A DNA stretch of 64,000 nucleotides. Source: the human T2T-CHM13v2.0 reference genome, Homo sapiens. The stretch is taken from NCBI RefSeq assembly GCF_009914755.1, contig NC_060935.1; one strand, given 5' to 3'. Shown in pieces: positions 13,674-29,439 of the stretch. Position 1 is the first letter of the stretch; every line of letters begins with the position of its first letter. The position numbers were made by a program, and so were the translations under genes. The notes under the pieces are model-generated. The model made no database searches. It was not told the DNA's origin and saw only the letters and a list, made by a program, of their open reading frames with translations.

Positions 13674-16023
13674 TGTATTAGTCTGTTCTTGCACTGCTAT
13701 AAAGAAACACCTGAAACAGGGTAATTTGTAAAGAAAAGAGGTTTAATTGGCTCATGGATTTGCAGGCTATACAGGAAGCAAGCCAAGGAGGCCTCAGGAA
13801 ACTTATAATCATGGAAGAAGGTAAAGAGGAAGCAGGCACATCTTCACATGACCACAGCAGGAGGAAGAGAGAGGAGACAGAAGTGCTACACACTTTTAAA
13901 CAACCAAATCTCATGAGAATTCACTCACAATCACCAGAACAGCAAGAGGAAAATCCATCCCCATGGTCCAATCACCTCCCACCAGGCCACACCTCCAACA
14001 CTGGGGATTATAATTTGACATGATATTTGGGCAGGGACACAGACCGAAACCATATCATTCTGCCTCTGGCCCCTCCCAAATCTCACCTTCTCTTTACATT
14101 TCAAAACCAATCATGCCTTCCCAACAGTCTCACAATGTCTTATTACCCCAAAAGTCTCATTCCAGCATTACCCCAAAAGCCCAAGTCCAAAGTCTCATCT
14201 GAGACAAGGTAAGTCCCTTCCACCTATGAGCCTGTAAAATCAAAAGCAACTTAGTTACTTCTGAGACACAATGGGAGTATAGGCATTGAGTAAATACTCT
14301 CTTTCCAAAAGGGAGAAATCAGCCAAAAGAAAGGACCTACAGGCCCTTTGCAAATCCAAAATGCAGCAGGGCAGTCATTAAATCTTAAAGCTCCAAAATA
14401 ATCTCCTTTGACTCCATGTCTCACAACCAGGTCACACTGATGCAAGGGGTGGGCTCTCTAGGCCTTGGACAGCTCTGCCCCATGACTTTGCAGGGCTCAG
14501 CCCCCACAGCTGCTCTCAAGGGCTGGCATTGAGTGCTTACAACTTTTCCAGGCCTACAGTGCAAGCTGTTAGTGGATCTATAATTCTGGGGTTGAAAAAC
14601 AGTGGCCCTCCTCTCACAGCTCTACTAGGCAGTGCCCCAGTGTGGACTCTGCATGGGAACTCCAACCCCACATTTTCCCTTCACACTGCACTAGTAGAAG
14701 TTCTCTATGAGGGCTCCACTTCTGCAACAGACTTCTTCCTGGATGCCCATGATTTTCCATAAATCTTCTGAAATCTAGGCGAAGGCTCCCAAGCCTCAAC
14801 TCTTACACTCTGCACACCCAAAGGCTTAACACCACATAGTAGCCATGAAGGCTTAGAGCTTTCACCTTCTGAAGCAGCAGCCTGAGTAGCTGTGCCCCTT
14901 TGAGCCATGGCTGGAGCAGCCAAGATGCAGGGAGGAGTGTACCGAGTTTGCGCAGGGCAGTACAGCCCTAGGCCTGACCCACAAACCCATTCTTCCCTCC
15001 TAGGCCATCAGAGCCTATAGGGCCTTTTCCCCATTGTCTTGGCTATTAGTACTTCCCTTCCTTTTAGTTATGCAAATTTCTGCAGCCTGCTTTAATTCCT
15101 TCCGTGAAAATGGGTTTTTCTTTTCTACCATATGGCCAAGCTGCAAATTTTCCAAGCTTTTATTCTTTATTTTCCTTTTAAATATAAGTTCCAGTTTCAG
15201 GTCATTTCTTTGTTCACATATATGAGGATAGGCTTTTAGAAGCAGCCAGGACAAATCCTGAAGGCTTTGCTGCTTAGAAATTTATTCTGCCAGATACCCT
15301 AAATCATCTCTCTCAATTTCAAAGTTCCACAGATCACTAGAGCAGGGGCACAGTGTTGCCAGGTTCTTTGCTAATGCATAACAAAAGTGACATTTGATCC
15401 AGTTCCCAAGAAGTTCCTCATTTACATCTGAGACCTCATCAGCTGGCCATCTCTGTCCATATCACTATCAGCATGTTGGTCAAAACCATTAAGTGAGTCT
15501 CTAGGAAGTTCCAAACTTTCCCTCATCTTCCTGTCTTCTGAGCCTTCCACACTCTTCCAGCCTCTGCTGGTTACCCAGTTCCAAAGTCATTTCCACATTT
15601 TCAGGTATCTTTATAGCAATGCCCCACTCCTAAGTATCAATTCTCTATATTAGTCCATTCTAACACTGCTATAAAAAATACCTGAAGCTGGGTAATTTAA
15701 AAAGAAAAAAGGTTTAATTGTCTCATGGTTTCACAGGCTGTACAGGAAACATGACTGAGGAAGCCTTAGGAAATTTACAATCATGGCAGAAGGTGAAGGG
15801 AAAACAGGCACATCTTCACATGGCCTAAGCAGGAAGAAGAGAGAGAAGGGAGAGGTGCTACACACTTTTAAACAAACAGATCTCATGAGAGCTTACTATC
15901 TCAAGAATAGCAAAAGGGAAATTCACTCACTGATCCAATCACCTCCTTTCAGGCCTCACCTCCAACTCTGAGGATTACAATTTGACATGAGATTTGGGTG
16001 GGGATACAGACCCAACCATATCA
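13674..16023 (-). mobile_element. Complete MSTA-type MaLR element (LTR 13674-14057, internal 14058-15645, LTR 15646-16023)
   Basis: Two similar LTRs of about 380 bp (tgtattagt..accatatca) flank a 1.6 kb MaLR internal region; near-TSD tctta/ctcta. Confidence 0.93.
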
Positions 16024-16152
16024 CTCTATGTTTCTAGGTACTCTGAAAATGATGAATGACTCAGTCTTTTCAGAAAATTCATAGCAATATACATCGCAGC
16101 ACATGGCAGATGTTTAATAAATATTCATTAAATTAATTAAATTAATAAATGA

Positions 16153-16522
<370 letters not shown>

Positions 16523-16779
16523 CTAAACACAATACTTTAATTTTAAAAATCTTGTCATTTGCTAGTGTCAAAATAAATTGCTCTCTAGAGAGAGGAGGCT
16601 CATGTTTTCAAACTGTGAACTTGTGAGCAGTATTCCTTATCCATGACTAGAAGAGGGAGCTAGACTGGGGTCAGCAGGAATTACAAAGCAATGCAGAGCT
16701 GGATATTTTACCACTAAGGCCTGTTTACTCCAATTTATATCTCTGTTTTCCTGCTTACAGATGATGAAAAGGCATTATA

Positions 16780-17120
16780 CAATTCTGCATGGCTTAACAA
16801 CAGGGATCCATCCTGAGAAATGTATGATTGGTGATTTTGTCATTATATGAATATCATAGAGTGTATTTACACAAACCTATATGGTACAGCATACTACACA
16901 TCTAGGCTATATAATATAGCTTATTGCTCCTAGGCTACAAACCGATATAGCATGTAACTGTACTGTACTGAATACTGTAGGCAATTGTAGCACAATAGTA
17001 AGTATTTGTGTATATAAACATAGAAATGATACAGTCAAAATATGGCATTATAATCTTATGGGACCACTATTGTGTATGCAGCCTATCATTGACCAAATGT
17101 CATTGTGCAATGCATGACTG
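16780..17120. mobile_element. Tigger3a/MER7-like Tc1/mariner MITE
   Basis: Degenerate terminal inverted repeats (caattctgcat.. / ..atgcatgactg), TA on both flanks, internal ctaggctacaaacc..gtactgaatactgtaggcaattg. Confidence 0.85.
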
Positions 17121-17229
17121 TATTATATCCACCACATCAAGAAGTCAAAGTTAACACCATTAGGACATAATCTTTGAAAAACTGATGCTTCAGAGATCAT
17201 AGTCCCACATTTTAACTTATTAAATCACA

Positions 17230-17450
17230 ACATTTTAGAATTGAAGAGGTCTTAAAGATCAAGTTTTATCTAACATCCTAATTTATAGACAATCAGTCTG
17301 ATGTCCAAAACACCTAAGAGTCTTTCTGTGATCATTCAGCTAGTGCAGTGATACAGCCAGGGCTAGACTCTAACAAGACAGTAATAATAAAACAACCATG
17401 TTTTTAGTGTTTCCTACGTGCCAGGCACTACTGCCTGGGACAACTCTTTC
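17230..17450 (-). mobile_element. MIR fragments
   Basis: ttttagaattgaagaggtcttaaagatc..; tacgtgccaggcacta. Confidence 0.5.
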
Positions 17451-17572
17451 TGCCATGAGATTCTTTAAAAAGAAAGAAGCAGAGATTTGAGGAAAGATTT
17501 TGCTCACATTTGTGAAGGAAAAAAAAATATTTCTGATATGACAAGAAAATATCAAGGCTTCCCATTACTGAG

Positions 17573-17719
17573 TTTTTTCCCCAGCTTTAGTGAGGTATAA
17601 TTGACAAAAAATTCATATATTCTTAGTGTACAAAATGTGATGATTTGATATATCTATACAATGTGAAATAATTACTACAATCAAATTAATTAACACATCC
17701 ATACCCACACACAACTACC

Positions 17720-17768
<49 letters not shown>

Positions 17769-17850
17769 ACACTTAGGATCTGTTCTCTCAGCAAATTTCA
17801 GGTAAACGATACAGTAATATTGATGACAGTCACCATGTTATGCATTAGGC
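17573..17850 (-). mobile_element. L1MA/MB 3' end with internal (TG)n at 17722-17766
   Basis: cagctttagtgaggtataattgaca..atcaaattaattaacacatcc..cagtcaccatg. Confidence 0.8.
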
Positions 17851-18849
17851 TGTTACTGTTACTTTGTGCATTAGTCACAGATTCAAGATCCTGACATATT
17901 GGAAACTACTTTCCTTTAAATATTTGCCTGTCCGTTAGCAAAAAAGAGAGTCCAAACAATTCTTGTATAGCACATGCTAATTAGAAGAGGGTACAGTTTT
18001 AAAGAGAGGATTCTGTTGTTTTTAAAGTGGGCAAAAACAATATGGAATGTGACTGTACAACCAAGTGAGAAGTGGTAAATGAGACAAGGCTGGGAAATGA
18101 AAAGTCACTCATTTCCTTTCCCTACTTCTGTCTACTCTCCTGAATCTTCTAAAAATGTAAAAGGTGAGTGTGCCTGGGAAAGTAGGGCTTCACAAACTTT
18201 TTAAAAAATGGGGCAAGTAAGGTTTATTCTAAAACATGTCTCAGCTGCCCTGCCTAGTTTGAAATGTTTTGCAGGATGCTAAACCAGCTCAAATTGTGTT
18301 GAAGCTTTATTACAGTGCCCATCTTGAGGAGTCTGTTTCATTGTGATGCTGCTGGCACTTGTGGGAACTAATCCTCCCTAAAAAGGGTTATACAGTTTAG
18401 AGCAGACCATGCTATAGCAGATACCTTGAATTGCCACTGTGTCGAATCAATTTTACTATAGCATCACTATTTTACAACCGTGAGAAATAATGGAATTAGA
18501 GATGCATTAAAATGGAGAAGTATTTTTATTGGTTCAAATATGTTTTATCATCTAATCCATTTTCAAAAGCCCCAGATTGAGAGTTACTTTTGTCTTCGCC
18601 CCAGCTATCTAATCTTACTGCTTGCTGTTTCCTATTCCTTCTCGATGCTCCCCCTCCCTCTTGTCAGGTTGATTTCTCTACAGTTTCCAGATGAGCAGGG
18701 ATCACTCTGGTCTCCATGCCTATGCTGGCAGTTTCCACTTTCTGAATGCATCTGCATTCTTATTCTATCATACTAATAATGCATGTAAAGTCATACAGTC
18801 CCAAAGGCTGTCATAGAAAAGAGCAGTGGCAGCATCCTGCATTCTACCC

Positions 18850-20300
18850 CATCTCACTCCTTAAAGGCAGACATTTTAACTCTTAGCTGTTTATATACCA
18901 TGATTGCCCCCACATTCCTAAATAATTTGTGCATACTATTAGCTCTTGAATTTTAAACACTATCTACTGACTTGTTCTTATAATAAAAGACTGCTTTATT
19001 TCTCTTATTATAGCCTCAATATTTTTTAATCACAGTTTTTAGTCATTATTTGATTGTGTTAAAATTGTTTACGCTGAGCCAAAAAGCAAACTATGATTAT
19101 GGTTCCTTTCTTGTACAAGTTTTTTTTCCTCTAGAGTTAATAACTTCCCCATTTTGTTCTTAATTTGCCTTTCTTAATTTCTTGATTTTCTTTCTGCAGC
19201 CTCTGAAGGCTCTCTAAAATGCTACTCAGTACAATGTTCCTTTTGGTGAAGTCTGTCAGATAATCTACTACATCCATTTCTCTCCTTTTCCTGATCTAAT
19301 CTGGACTGGTTGGCACCAGCTGTCAACTTGGATTTCTGCTTCCCATGCTCTTCTGTTGGATTCTTTTTCCAGAGTGCCCTTTCTTCCTCTCTCATGCTTT
19401 AGCCTTCAATTTAGCAGAGCACTTCTTCCAGGATCTTCTTGAAACAGGGCGCTTGGCAGATATATGTTTGAACTATTGCATGCCTGACATATTTTTATTC
19501 TACCTTATACTGGATTGATCATTTTGCTTGATAAAAAATTTGATGCTGAAATCATTTCCCTCAGAATGCTGGAAACTTTCTCCATTGTCTTCTAGCACCC
19601 AGCACTGGTATTGAGCAATGCCATTCTGATTCCCAGATTTTTGTATGTCATCTTTTCTCTTTTTCTCTGAAAATTTTTGGCATCTCCTTTAACCCCTGTG
19701 TTGTGAAATTTTATGATGATATGCCTTGCTGTGGACCTTTTCATTTATTTTCCCGGGTACTCAGCAGCCATTTTCAATCTACAAATTCATGCCTTTGGGT
19801 TATACAGAAATTTATTCTATTATTATGTTGATTCCTTTTTTTTCTTCTGTTTCTCTTCTGGAATCTTTCATTTTCATGCTAGAGCTCCTGGACTGATCTT
19901 TCAACTTTGTTACCACTTCTCTTCTTGTCCATCTCTTTTATTCTACTTTTTGGGAAATTTCTCATGTTTACGAGCCTCTTCACTATTACTCATTTTTCCT
20001 TTGTACAACTTCTATTAATTGATCCTCTCATTTTCTTAACTCTTCTTCCTTATTGTTCATTTTAAAATCTAATTTCTTGGACATGTGTTCCAAGTTTTAC
20101 ATATTTCTTATTAGTTTTCTCAATTTCTAAGAATTCTTTAGTAATCATTTAACATTTAAGACTGTTTTCTGATCATTCATCTTAAAGCATCTTAAATCTT
20201 GCTTATGAATGCAAAAAAAAAAGTTTCATCTCTCAGGCTCTCTTACAGCATCTTTATTCTCTACCCTGACTTATTTTCTGCCTAGACTTTTTTACTATTT
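18850..20300 (-). mobile_element. Highly diverged L1M/L1ME region
   Basis: T-rich strand with tttccctcagaatg..ccattgtcttctagc..gccattctgattc, typical of antisense old L1 ORF1. Confidence 0.55.
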
Positions 20301-20977
20301 ATTATTTTGGACTTTATCTTTCACTTTCTGGAGCTGTCAGGATAAATGGGCTGGAGTCTTACCTTTCAGTTTGCCCACTTTTATGGAGTCCTCAAGTTTA
20401 GGTCTGACACCACCTCCCCATTCCCCTCTAGGTCTAGTGTCCCACTAGCTCTGCCAAGCTGGCAGTGGAAAAAAAAATGGAGAAAGATAGTCACGAGGCA
20501 AAGTGAGAATGGTCACTCTTTATCCCAACTTTCCAATAAACCTATCTATTCAGCTTTCTATTTCATTCTGCTATGTCTGTCCTCACACTTTCTTGGCACC
20601 TGCTGTAGCCAGTTACTGCAACTTTCTGGGGACTGGCTGAGTGCATTGGCTTGTTCCTTATCAGTATCCCCTCTGTGTACACCTGGGCTTTCCTCCTTGC
20701 TGCCAGGTTACCAACTATTCCTTCATCTGCCTTTCATCCTCATATGCTGGTCTGGAGTAACAGATGTCCCCAGTTCTTATTCTCCTTGGTTTCTATTAAA
20801 TTTTGTATTTGTTTTATTTTCAATTTTTCCAAGAGACAAAGCAGAATTATCTTTTTTCCACTTTAAAACCATTATTATTGTCCATAAACATTTACATGAT
20901 ACTCTGATTCATAATTTTCCTTCCCTTCTTCTAAATCCTAAAATCAGAGCATAAGTGACCACTGTGTTGTCCCCAGG

Positions 20978-21335
20978 TGTGGTAGACTTTATCTGTGCCA
21001 TTTCCTTGTGCTTTGGCCAACTTATAAATGCTTTCATATACTTCTCTCTGTTTGGGAGACTTTATAGGACTGCAGAGGCTGCTCTACCTGTGTAGACATG
21101 GCAGTCCCAATAGAAGAGGAAATTTTCAACCCCAAGAAGCATAGCATCCCCTCATGAATAACTCTTGGGAGCTGATGTATTAATACCCCAGCTCCCTCCC
21201 CAGCTTAGGTGAGATAATACTGAGGTATGTGTTTCATAGCTTTGCACATAGATTTTCCATGAGATTAAGTTCTAGTTGTTCATAATGGTGGCTGCCTTCT
21301 TAAGACACCCTTTTTGGGGAATCAAATCTAAAACA
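20978..21335 (+). mobile_element. LTR16-like ERVL solo LTR
   Basis: taataccccagctccct..gataatactgaggtatgtg..ttttggggaatcaaatctaaaaca terminus. Confidence 0.65.
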
Positions 21336-22014
21336 AATCAGTAGCATAGATGCACCTAAGAAAAAGATCTTTAAGAACCGAATAATTCAAGACCAGATGA
21401 CAACCAGAACTCTGTTGCTGTTGACAAGTAGGGGTTTGGTGATGCTTCACATGTCACAGCATCACATGACCAAGATTATCATCTGTTGTAAATCGAGATG
21501 GAATAATGGTGGAAGGGAATACACTAGTGTAGTCCCTCTAGCATGACAGATACATGGTAATTTTAAGTACTCTGGGGTTGGAGTTGGTAGTTGCTCTTCA
21601 GTGCCACTGGGATGACTGAAGAAAAAAAATGCCAGACTCAAGTCACACCAGCTAATGTCACAGTGAAAAGCCAAAAATTCCCTCTACCAGTGATAAAAAA
21701 GACATTCAACGTCTTCCCAGATTCTCAGCCTCTTGTTCCCAAGCCAACAATCAGTAAATGCTCTGAGGACAGAGGTAGCATGCAGAAGGTCAGCTTGCTT
21801 TATCTCTGGGATGGAACCCTTCAAATTCAGACCACCTCAGAAACTCTCCAATGCCTTCAAATAAATTATTTTCTTTAGCTTAGCAGACATTTTTGGTTGT
21901 TCGTAGTAAAATACTTGTCTGCCGTGAGCTACTCCATCATAACTGTTTTTTGCTTTATTTAATTTTCTCTCTCTGTAAAAACCGATTATCTCACATTTCA
22001 AGGAATTTTACTAA

Positions 22015-22220
22015 ACAGTGTTGCAGGTCATTTGAAGTTGTGTGAGGTATGAGACCATTTTTATTGTGGGAAATTGTCCCAGAATTATAGAATATTTATC
22101 ATCTTTTGCCTACTAAATGCCAATGTATTCCCAAACATTATAGCAACCAACAGATTTCTCTACAAATTTCCAAATTCTTCTGAAGTGAGCAGTATCATTG
22201 CCATGAGAACCAGTGGTCTA
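22015..22220. mobile_element. hAT-Charlie MITE (MER20-like)
   Basis: ctaaatgcca..caacca..ccaaat..tgagaaccagtg terminus. Confidence 0.55.
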
Positions 22221-22249
22221 TGACAGCCATGATAGCTCCTTGTCAGCTG

Positions 22250-22727
22250 TTCTTTCAGGAACCTAGTCATAAGCCATAAGCTCATGCATTTCTCTAGCAT
22301 AAGTTAATGGTCCAGAGGTAGGTTCATGACACGAACTGACCAAAATAGACTTTAAAAATGACTCTTGGGCTGGGTGCAATGGCTCATACCTATAATTCCA
22401 GCACTATGGAATGCCGATGCAGGCAGATCACTTTGTGCCAAGAGTTCGAGACCAGCCTGGCCAATGTGGCAAAACCCTGTCTGTACTAAAAATACAAAAA
22501 TTAGCCAGACGTGGTGGTACGTGTCTGTAATCTCAGCTACTCGAGAGGCTGAGTCAGGAGAATCGCTTGAAGCCAGGAGTGGGAGGTTGCAGTGAGCCAA
22601 GATCACGTCACTGCTATACTCCAGCTTGGGCGACAGAGTGAGACTGTCTCAAAAAAAAAAAAAAAAAGAAAGAAAGAAAAAAACAAAAAGAAAAAAAAGA
22701 CTCTTATTCCATCATAGTAGCATTCTC

Positions 22728-22760
<33 letters not shown>

Positions 22761-23038
22761 AACAATGAAGCATGTAACCTTACTGCACTATTAGTAATGG
22801 TATCATCTGATTACCGCAATGAAATTATGCTTATGATGGCATTCAATCTATATATGGTAGACTAAAGGAGCAGAAAACAACCTGGGTTTTTGATGCCATC
22901 TCTGTGCTGCTGAATCAACCAGCTTTAAAGCTCACCCTACTTCTGAACTTCTAGCTATGTAAGATAGTTGCATCATTGCTTAAGATAGATTGAGAAAATG
23001 TTCTCTAACTTATGTTTAAAAGTGTCCAAACTAATACA
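22250..23038 (+). mobile_element. Old MLT1 (MaLR) LTR split by an Alu
   Basis: gctgctgaatcaaccagc..cacccta..ctaataca terminus. Confidence 0.6.
22368..22698 (+). mobile_element. Alu (S/J)
   Basis: Full dimer with long A-rich tail and TSD aaaa(t)gactctt. Confidence 0.95.
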
Positions 23039-23319
23039 AGAGGGGAAAGAAGCTCTGACTTCTGAGAATCCAGGTCTGGCTCTAACTTACATGATTTACT
23101 CAGACAAAGTCCCTACCTTCTGTCTTTAGAAGGCAGTATACCAATCACCTGTGAGGCTAATTGAGCATGCATTATTAGAAGTCTTATTCCACCTCACCTA
23201 AGTAACATAACAAATAATTACTGCCAACCACACACCACACACCTCTGAGTTCTGAATATGCATTTATGGTGTACCCCATCTTCTTGCACTTGTAGTGATA
23301 TTTTAGTATCCCTATGATT

Positions 23320-23794
23320 TAGTTAGGATTAAGTTCTGCTGCAAGTGACACTGACTTCAATAAGATACTTTATTTCTTGCTTGCATAAGCCAAGTTTCAG
23401 TCTCAGACTGCTGTGGAAATTCCACTGCAAAGCATCAGAGCTGAGCTCTATGTAATTTCTTGTTCTTCTATGCAACCTCTATACCTAAATTTACTCTAAG
23501 GTCTAATATTGTTGCTCCAGCTTCAGCCATCACAACTTGAGAAGGAAAGAAGAATGAGGATGAGAAGTGCATGTTCCTTTCCTTTGAGACTATATTCTAT
23601 GAATAGGTCAAAAGATCTAACATGAGGACTACAGTTAATCATAGTGTATTATATTCAGAATTTTTGCTAAATGAATAAATTATAGCTGTTCTTGTCACAG
23701 GAGAGGATAAGAGGATGGGGGGATGAGTAATGATATAAGATAATGAGTATGTCAATTTGTTTCACTATAGTAACTATATAGAGAGAGTTACTAT

Positions 23795-23830
<36 letters not shown>

Positions 23831-24103
23831 ATACACATCTATATACAAAATAACACTATGTTATATGCCGTAAATATACACAGTAGAAGTTATCTAAAAA
23901 AATACATCCTAGAAGGGGCACTGACAATTTGTGTTTATATCTCACTGGCCAGAACATAGCCACATGAAACACCTAACCACACGTGAAACTGAGAAATGCG
24001 ATTTCTGCTTTGGATAGCCACATCCTACCTAAAATCCTACAATTCCATAACTGAAGAAGAAAGAGCAAATGGGTGTTGAAGGACAACAAGCTGAGTCTGA
24101 TAC
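23320..24103 (-). mobile_element. Old MLT1 LTR interrupted by an L1MA 3' end (about 23600-23903, plus strand, with (CA)n)
   Basis: tctcactggccagaacatagccacatg MLT1 motif; agatctaacatgaggactacagttaat..taaatatacac L1MA motif. Confidence 0.6.
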
Positions 24104-24310
24104 AACCTAGAATGACCTCCACTCTCCCTGCAACCACTTAGCCTGGCTAACTCTTACTCATTTTGGGCCTTAGTTTAGCTGTTACCTTTTACAGAAAGCC
24201 TTTCTGAATCCTTATGGCAAGCCTGCGTTAAGTGTCCTTCCTTTATACTCCCACAGTCTCTGTCCCTCCTTCCCAAACAATCCACTAATCACTCCCTTCA
24301 TACACACACA

Positions 24311-24341
<31 letters not shown>

Positions 24342-24980
24342 GAAGTGATTTGCCTGGGTCATAAAACAGTAGGGGGAGGAACTGCTACATGAACCAGGTG
24401 GTCTTATCTAGAGTCTAGACCACCCATTGAACCACTTCACTAAGTTTACCTCTTAATATTTCCTCACTAATATCTATAAGGGCAGCAAGTTGCCAATCTC
24501 AATTACTATTCCATGCTCATTACATAGCTCAAAACCTAACACTGAGTAATTCCCAAAAAACACTGTTTAAATAAGTGAAAAGGAAAACAGCAATATCTCT
24601 CACTGCAATCTGTGGCAGGCCTGTGTTATCTCCAAAACCCAAGTAAATTATCCAGGACAAAAAGTGGCTATTCCCTGATTTATAGCATGACCATCTGTTC
24701 CAGTACCTCATTCTTTTCAACGAAGAATGTAAAGAGGAAGAGGAAATCTCACATACAAAACAAAAACTTCAACTTGGTTTTGGTAGAACTAGAGCCTAAA
24801 TCTTCTGGGTTCTTGTTTAAAGTCTCACATAGGTTCCTACATGAGAGGGGCAGCTCTGTAATTCTAAGAGTAAGTCCCGGGGTAAGAATACCCAATTTAA
24901 ACAGTTGTTCATAGGAAAACAAGGGGGAGAATCAGACACTAGTGAATTCACCGCCCAACATCCCTTTGATTTTTTCATTA

Positions 24981-25331
<351 letters not shown>

Positions 25332-26399
25332 GATATAAAACATTTATTAAATAAACATTTTCAGAATGCAGTTATATGTTTTATACCGTGGCTTTCTCTG
25401 CTTTCCATATGCTTTACTCACACACTATGTGCTGGAAAACCACAGTGCTTTTATATTTGTTGATATTCTACACACTAAGAAACTGAGATTATACCCTATC
25501 CTTGGGGGATAAGCATCAAGTTGCCTTATTCCAAACCCAGCTAAGATTTTATTGCTTTTGATCAAAAATAACTATTAAAATCACAACATTTATATGATCA
25601 TTTAAAAAAATCTCAGCACATTGTCCCAGATGTGTAAATGTGAATACATATTTGATGAGCTCCTACATTATTTAAAGCAATGAAGAAAAGCCCAAGTGTG
25701 ATTTAATACCAGCTTCTAAGACATTCCATCATTACGCTGGAGATCTGACCTAAGGGCTGAGCATGATGGGAATATAGGAGTTTAAACTGGATCAGGGAGA
25801 ATTTAGACCAGTTGAAAAACAAACTCTTCTGATTCACCACCAACTCCAAATCTCCCTTCTCTCCCCATTCCACATCTCCACTTCTTAGCCCCACTCACAT
25901 GTCTATGGTAATAGGTGAAGTCCAACACACATCTTGTATTTTTTTTTCCCAAAAGGTACCATATTTCAGTGATCCGTGTTCTCATCCAAACTATCAAAAT
26001 ATCAGTATAAAAATGTAAAAATATAATTTGTATACAAATATAGAGTGAATATCAATGAGAGTACCAAAAGAATGACAAAGCTGATTCAAGGAGATTTGAA
26101 AAATGAAGATTTTTATAGTGGTCAGGGGGAAGGACTGCTGAGATAATACTGCTAAGTTAAATACAAAACTGGTTGAAATCCTTCAGAGCAATAAGACCAG
26201 ACTCTTTGGTGTTGAGTTCTCTACAGAAAAGAAAAAATATTCATCTAAAATTATCCTATCTTATCAGGTTTACAGAATTATTTAATCAAGTGTACAAAGT
26301 TTATTCCCCTAAAGTTAAAAGATCTTCAAGAAAGCCCATTAGACAATGTTCTTTGCATTATATTAAAACTTCAGATAATCATTTTTTGCCTCAATTCTG

Positions 26400-27304
<905 letters not shown>

Positions 27305-27447
27305 TTTCTAACTTTCAGATAATTTTTCTTAGCACAATAAATACATAAATAAATGAACAACCTGCCAGAATAAATTTGATTTACAAAAATAAAATGGAAT
27401 GCCACTCACTCAGGAATTATGAAGCAAAGTTCAAACCTGCTCACATT

Positions 27448-27479
27448 TCATCATCATCATCGTCATCATCATCATCATC
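27448..27479. repeat. (TCA)n microsatellite
   Basis: Direct read; explains the poly-Ser ORF. Confidence 0.95.
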
Positions 27480-28667
27480 AAGAATAATTGCCTTCTCAAT
27501 CCTACCACTTCAAGGAAAACGTCCCCTGACGATAGCAAGAACAGTAAGCACGGTGAAGATCAGGCTGTGATCTTGCCAAAACATGTTGCTAAAAAACCTT
27601 TGCTAAAAGCTTCAGCCAACTGATACAGAATTCTCTCATCTTTCAGAAAGGACGTCCCTTTTTAAGTAGCAATACTGATAGCTAGACAACGTGTGTCAGT
27701 GACACTCTAAGTTTATTTAAAGGGACATATTCAGTGCCCAGGAAGTCCTAATCACTAAGTCTTAATGCTTCTCTCTTATTTACCAGCTACGTGGCACCCT
27801 GATGAGAGTGTTCACTATTCAGACCCTTCCCAGACTCCTCCCCACTTCTCCCTCCAGATGGAGTGCCCTGCACCTCCTGTTGCTCACCCCCTGACTGCAG
27901 TTTACTTCATTCATATATGGCTTTCTCAGGATCATGTCATTAACACCGGGAGGGCAACTGGGAACTGATTATGCACAGCATAATTTTTGTCATCTTCTTT
28001 GAGATTTTTGTGTCATTTGGCTGGCTTCCAACTATGTTCTTGACTTACGGCACCAATCCAATTTTGTTTCTATTAGTCAACTATGCAAATTTTTCCTTAT
28101 CTTGCTCAGACTTTTATGAACTCGCTGAGAGTTTTAAGAACCAGGATTGTATAGATAATACAAAACAATCAGAATTCAAACTCATCTCCTTCTGACTCAC
28201 AAACCACATTTTCTTTACCTTTATAGGAAAGCTTGCTTGATTTTTTTTTAAAGGAACATCATTACTTTTCTCCCTTTCAAACAAGACTTTATAGCAAAAC
28301 TAAAGAAAATGTTTTTATACATAGTGGTTAGAAAGTATGTGACATTCTCCAGAAGTGGATGGCTAATGGAAGATAAAAATGAACTTAAGTGTAAGGTCTA
28401 TCACACATTTGGCTTCCACTACTTCCATGAGTAATTCTCATCCTCCCAGAAACATCAAATTTAGAGCATCTCGTGAGCTGTGATCCAGTTGGGCATCCTT
28501 TGTGTTCCTTAAACAGCAGGACACAGAGCAAAAAAGGGAAGTGTCATGAGGGATCTGGGGAAGCATCTTCCAAGTGTGCATTGGGATTGAAAATAAACAG
28601 CTTTCTTAGCCATGACGTGCTCTCTCCTTTGCTGAATGTATTTTCCCTTGAGTTGCGTGCTACCTTT

Positions 28668-29136
28668 TGTGAAAGGAAAATATATCTTGTGGCCCCCAAA
28701 TTACTAAGCTAAAGGGAAAAGTCAAGCTGGGAACTGTTTAGGGCAAACCTGCCTCCCATTCTATTCAAAGTCACCTCTCTGCTCACTGAGACAAATGCAT
28801 ATCTGATTGCCTCATTTGGAGAGGTGAATCAGAAACTCAAAATAATGCAACCATTTGTCTTTTATCTACCTGTGACCTGGAAGCCCCATCACCCCTTCAA
28901 GTTCTCCAGACTTCGCCTCAGTTGTCCCACGTTTCCAGACGGAACCAATGTACATCTTACATATATTGATTGATGTCTCATGTCTCCCTAAAATGTATAA
29001 AACCAAGCTGTGTCCCAACCACCTTGGGCGCATTTCGTCAGGGCCTCCTGAGGCTGTGTCATGGGTGTGTGCTCAACCTTGGCAAAATAAACTTTCTAAA
29101 TTAACTGGGTCCTGTCTCAGATTTTCAGGGTTCACA
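28668..29136 (+). mobile_element. MER4A-type ERV1 solo LTR
   Basis: tgtgaaaggaaaa..ggttcaca TG/CA termini, TATA-like tgtataaaa, polyA signal aaaataaa, near-TSD cttt/cttc. Confidence 0.9.
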
Positions 29137-29439
29137 CTTCCATACATTCCTCTTGCCACGAAAGCTGAGTTTGAGGGATCCAGCATCTCCCATCACTTTA
29201 GCTGCTGTGTAGCCATCCGGCCCCAGTGTTCCATGACAGACTCTGGAATTAGATTAGACATGAGGGTACTTTTGTGGAGACCTAGCAAAAAACTTATTTC
29301 AAAGTAAGGATGGGAGGTTATGTTTTCCAAAGAAGACAATATCAATAGGCAGCAGGTAACAAGTGGTCAAAAAAAAAAAAAGAGATCATATACACAGACA
29401 CATACACAAATACACACACGTATACATATCCCATGTAAG

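Noticed and set aside
20346-20954. 202-aa ORF, the longest not assigned to a transposon
   Set aside because: Low-complexity Leu/Phe/Ser composition from T-rich DNA; no domain and no convincing splice context
27376-27570. Poly-serine ORF
   Set aside because: Produced by the (TCA)n microsatellite
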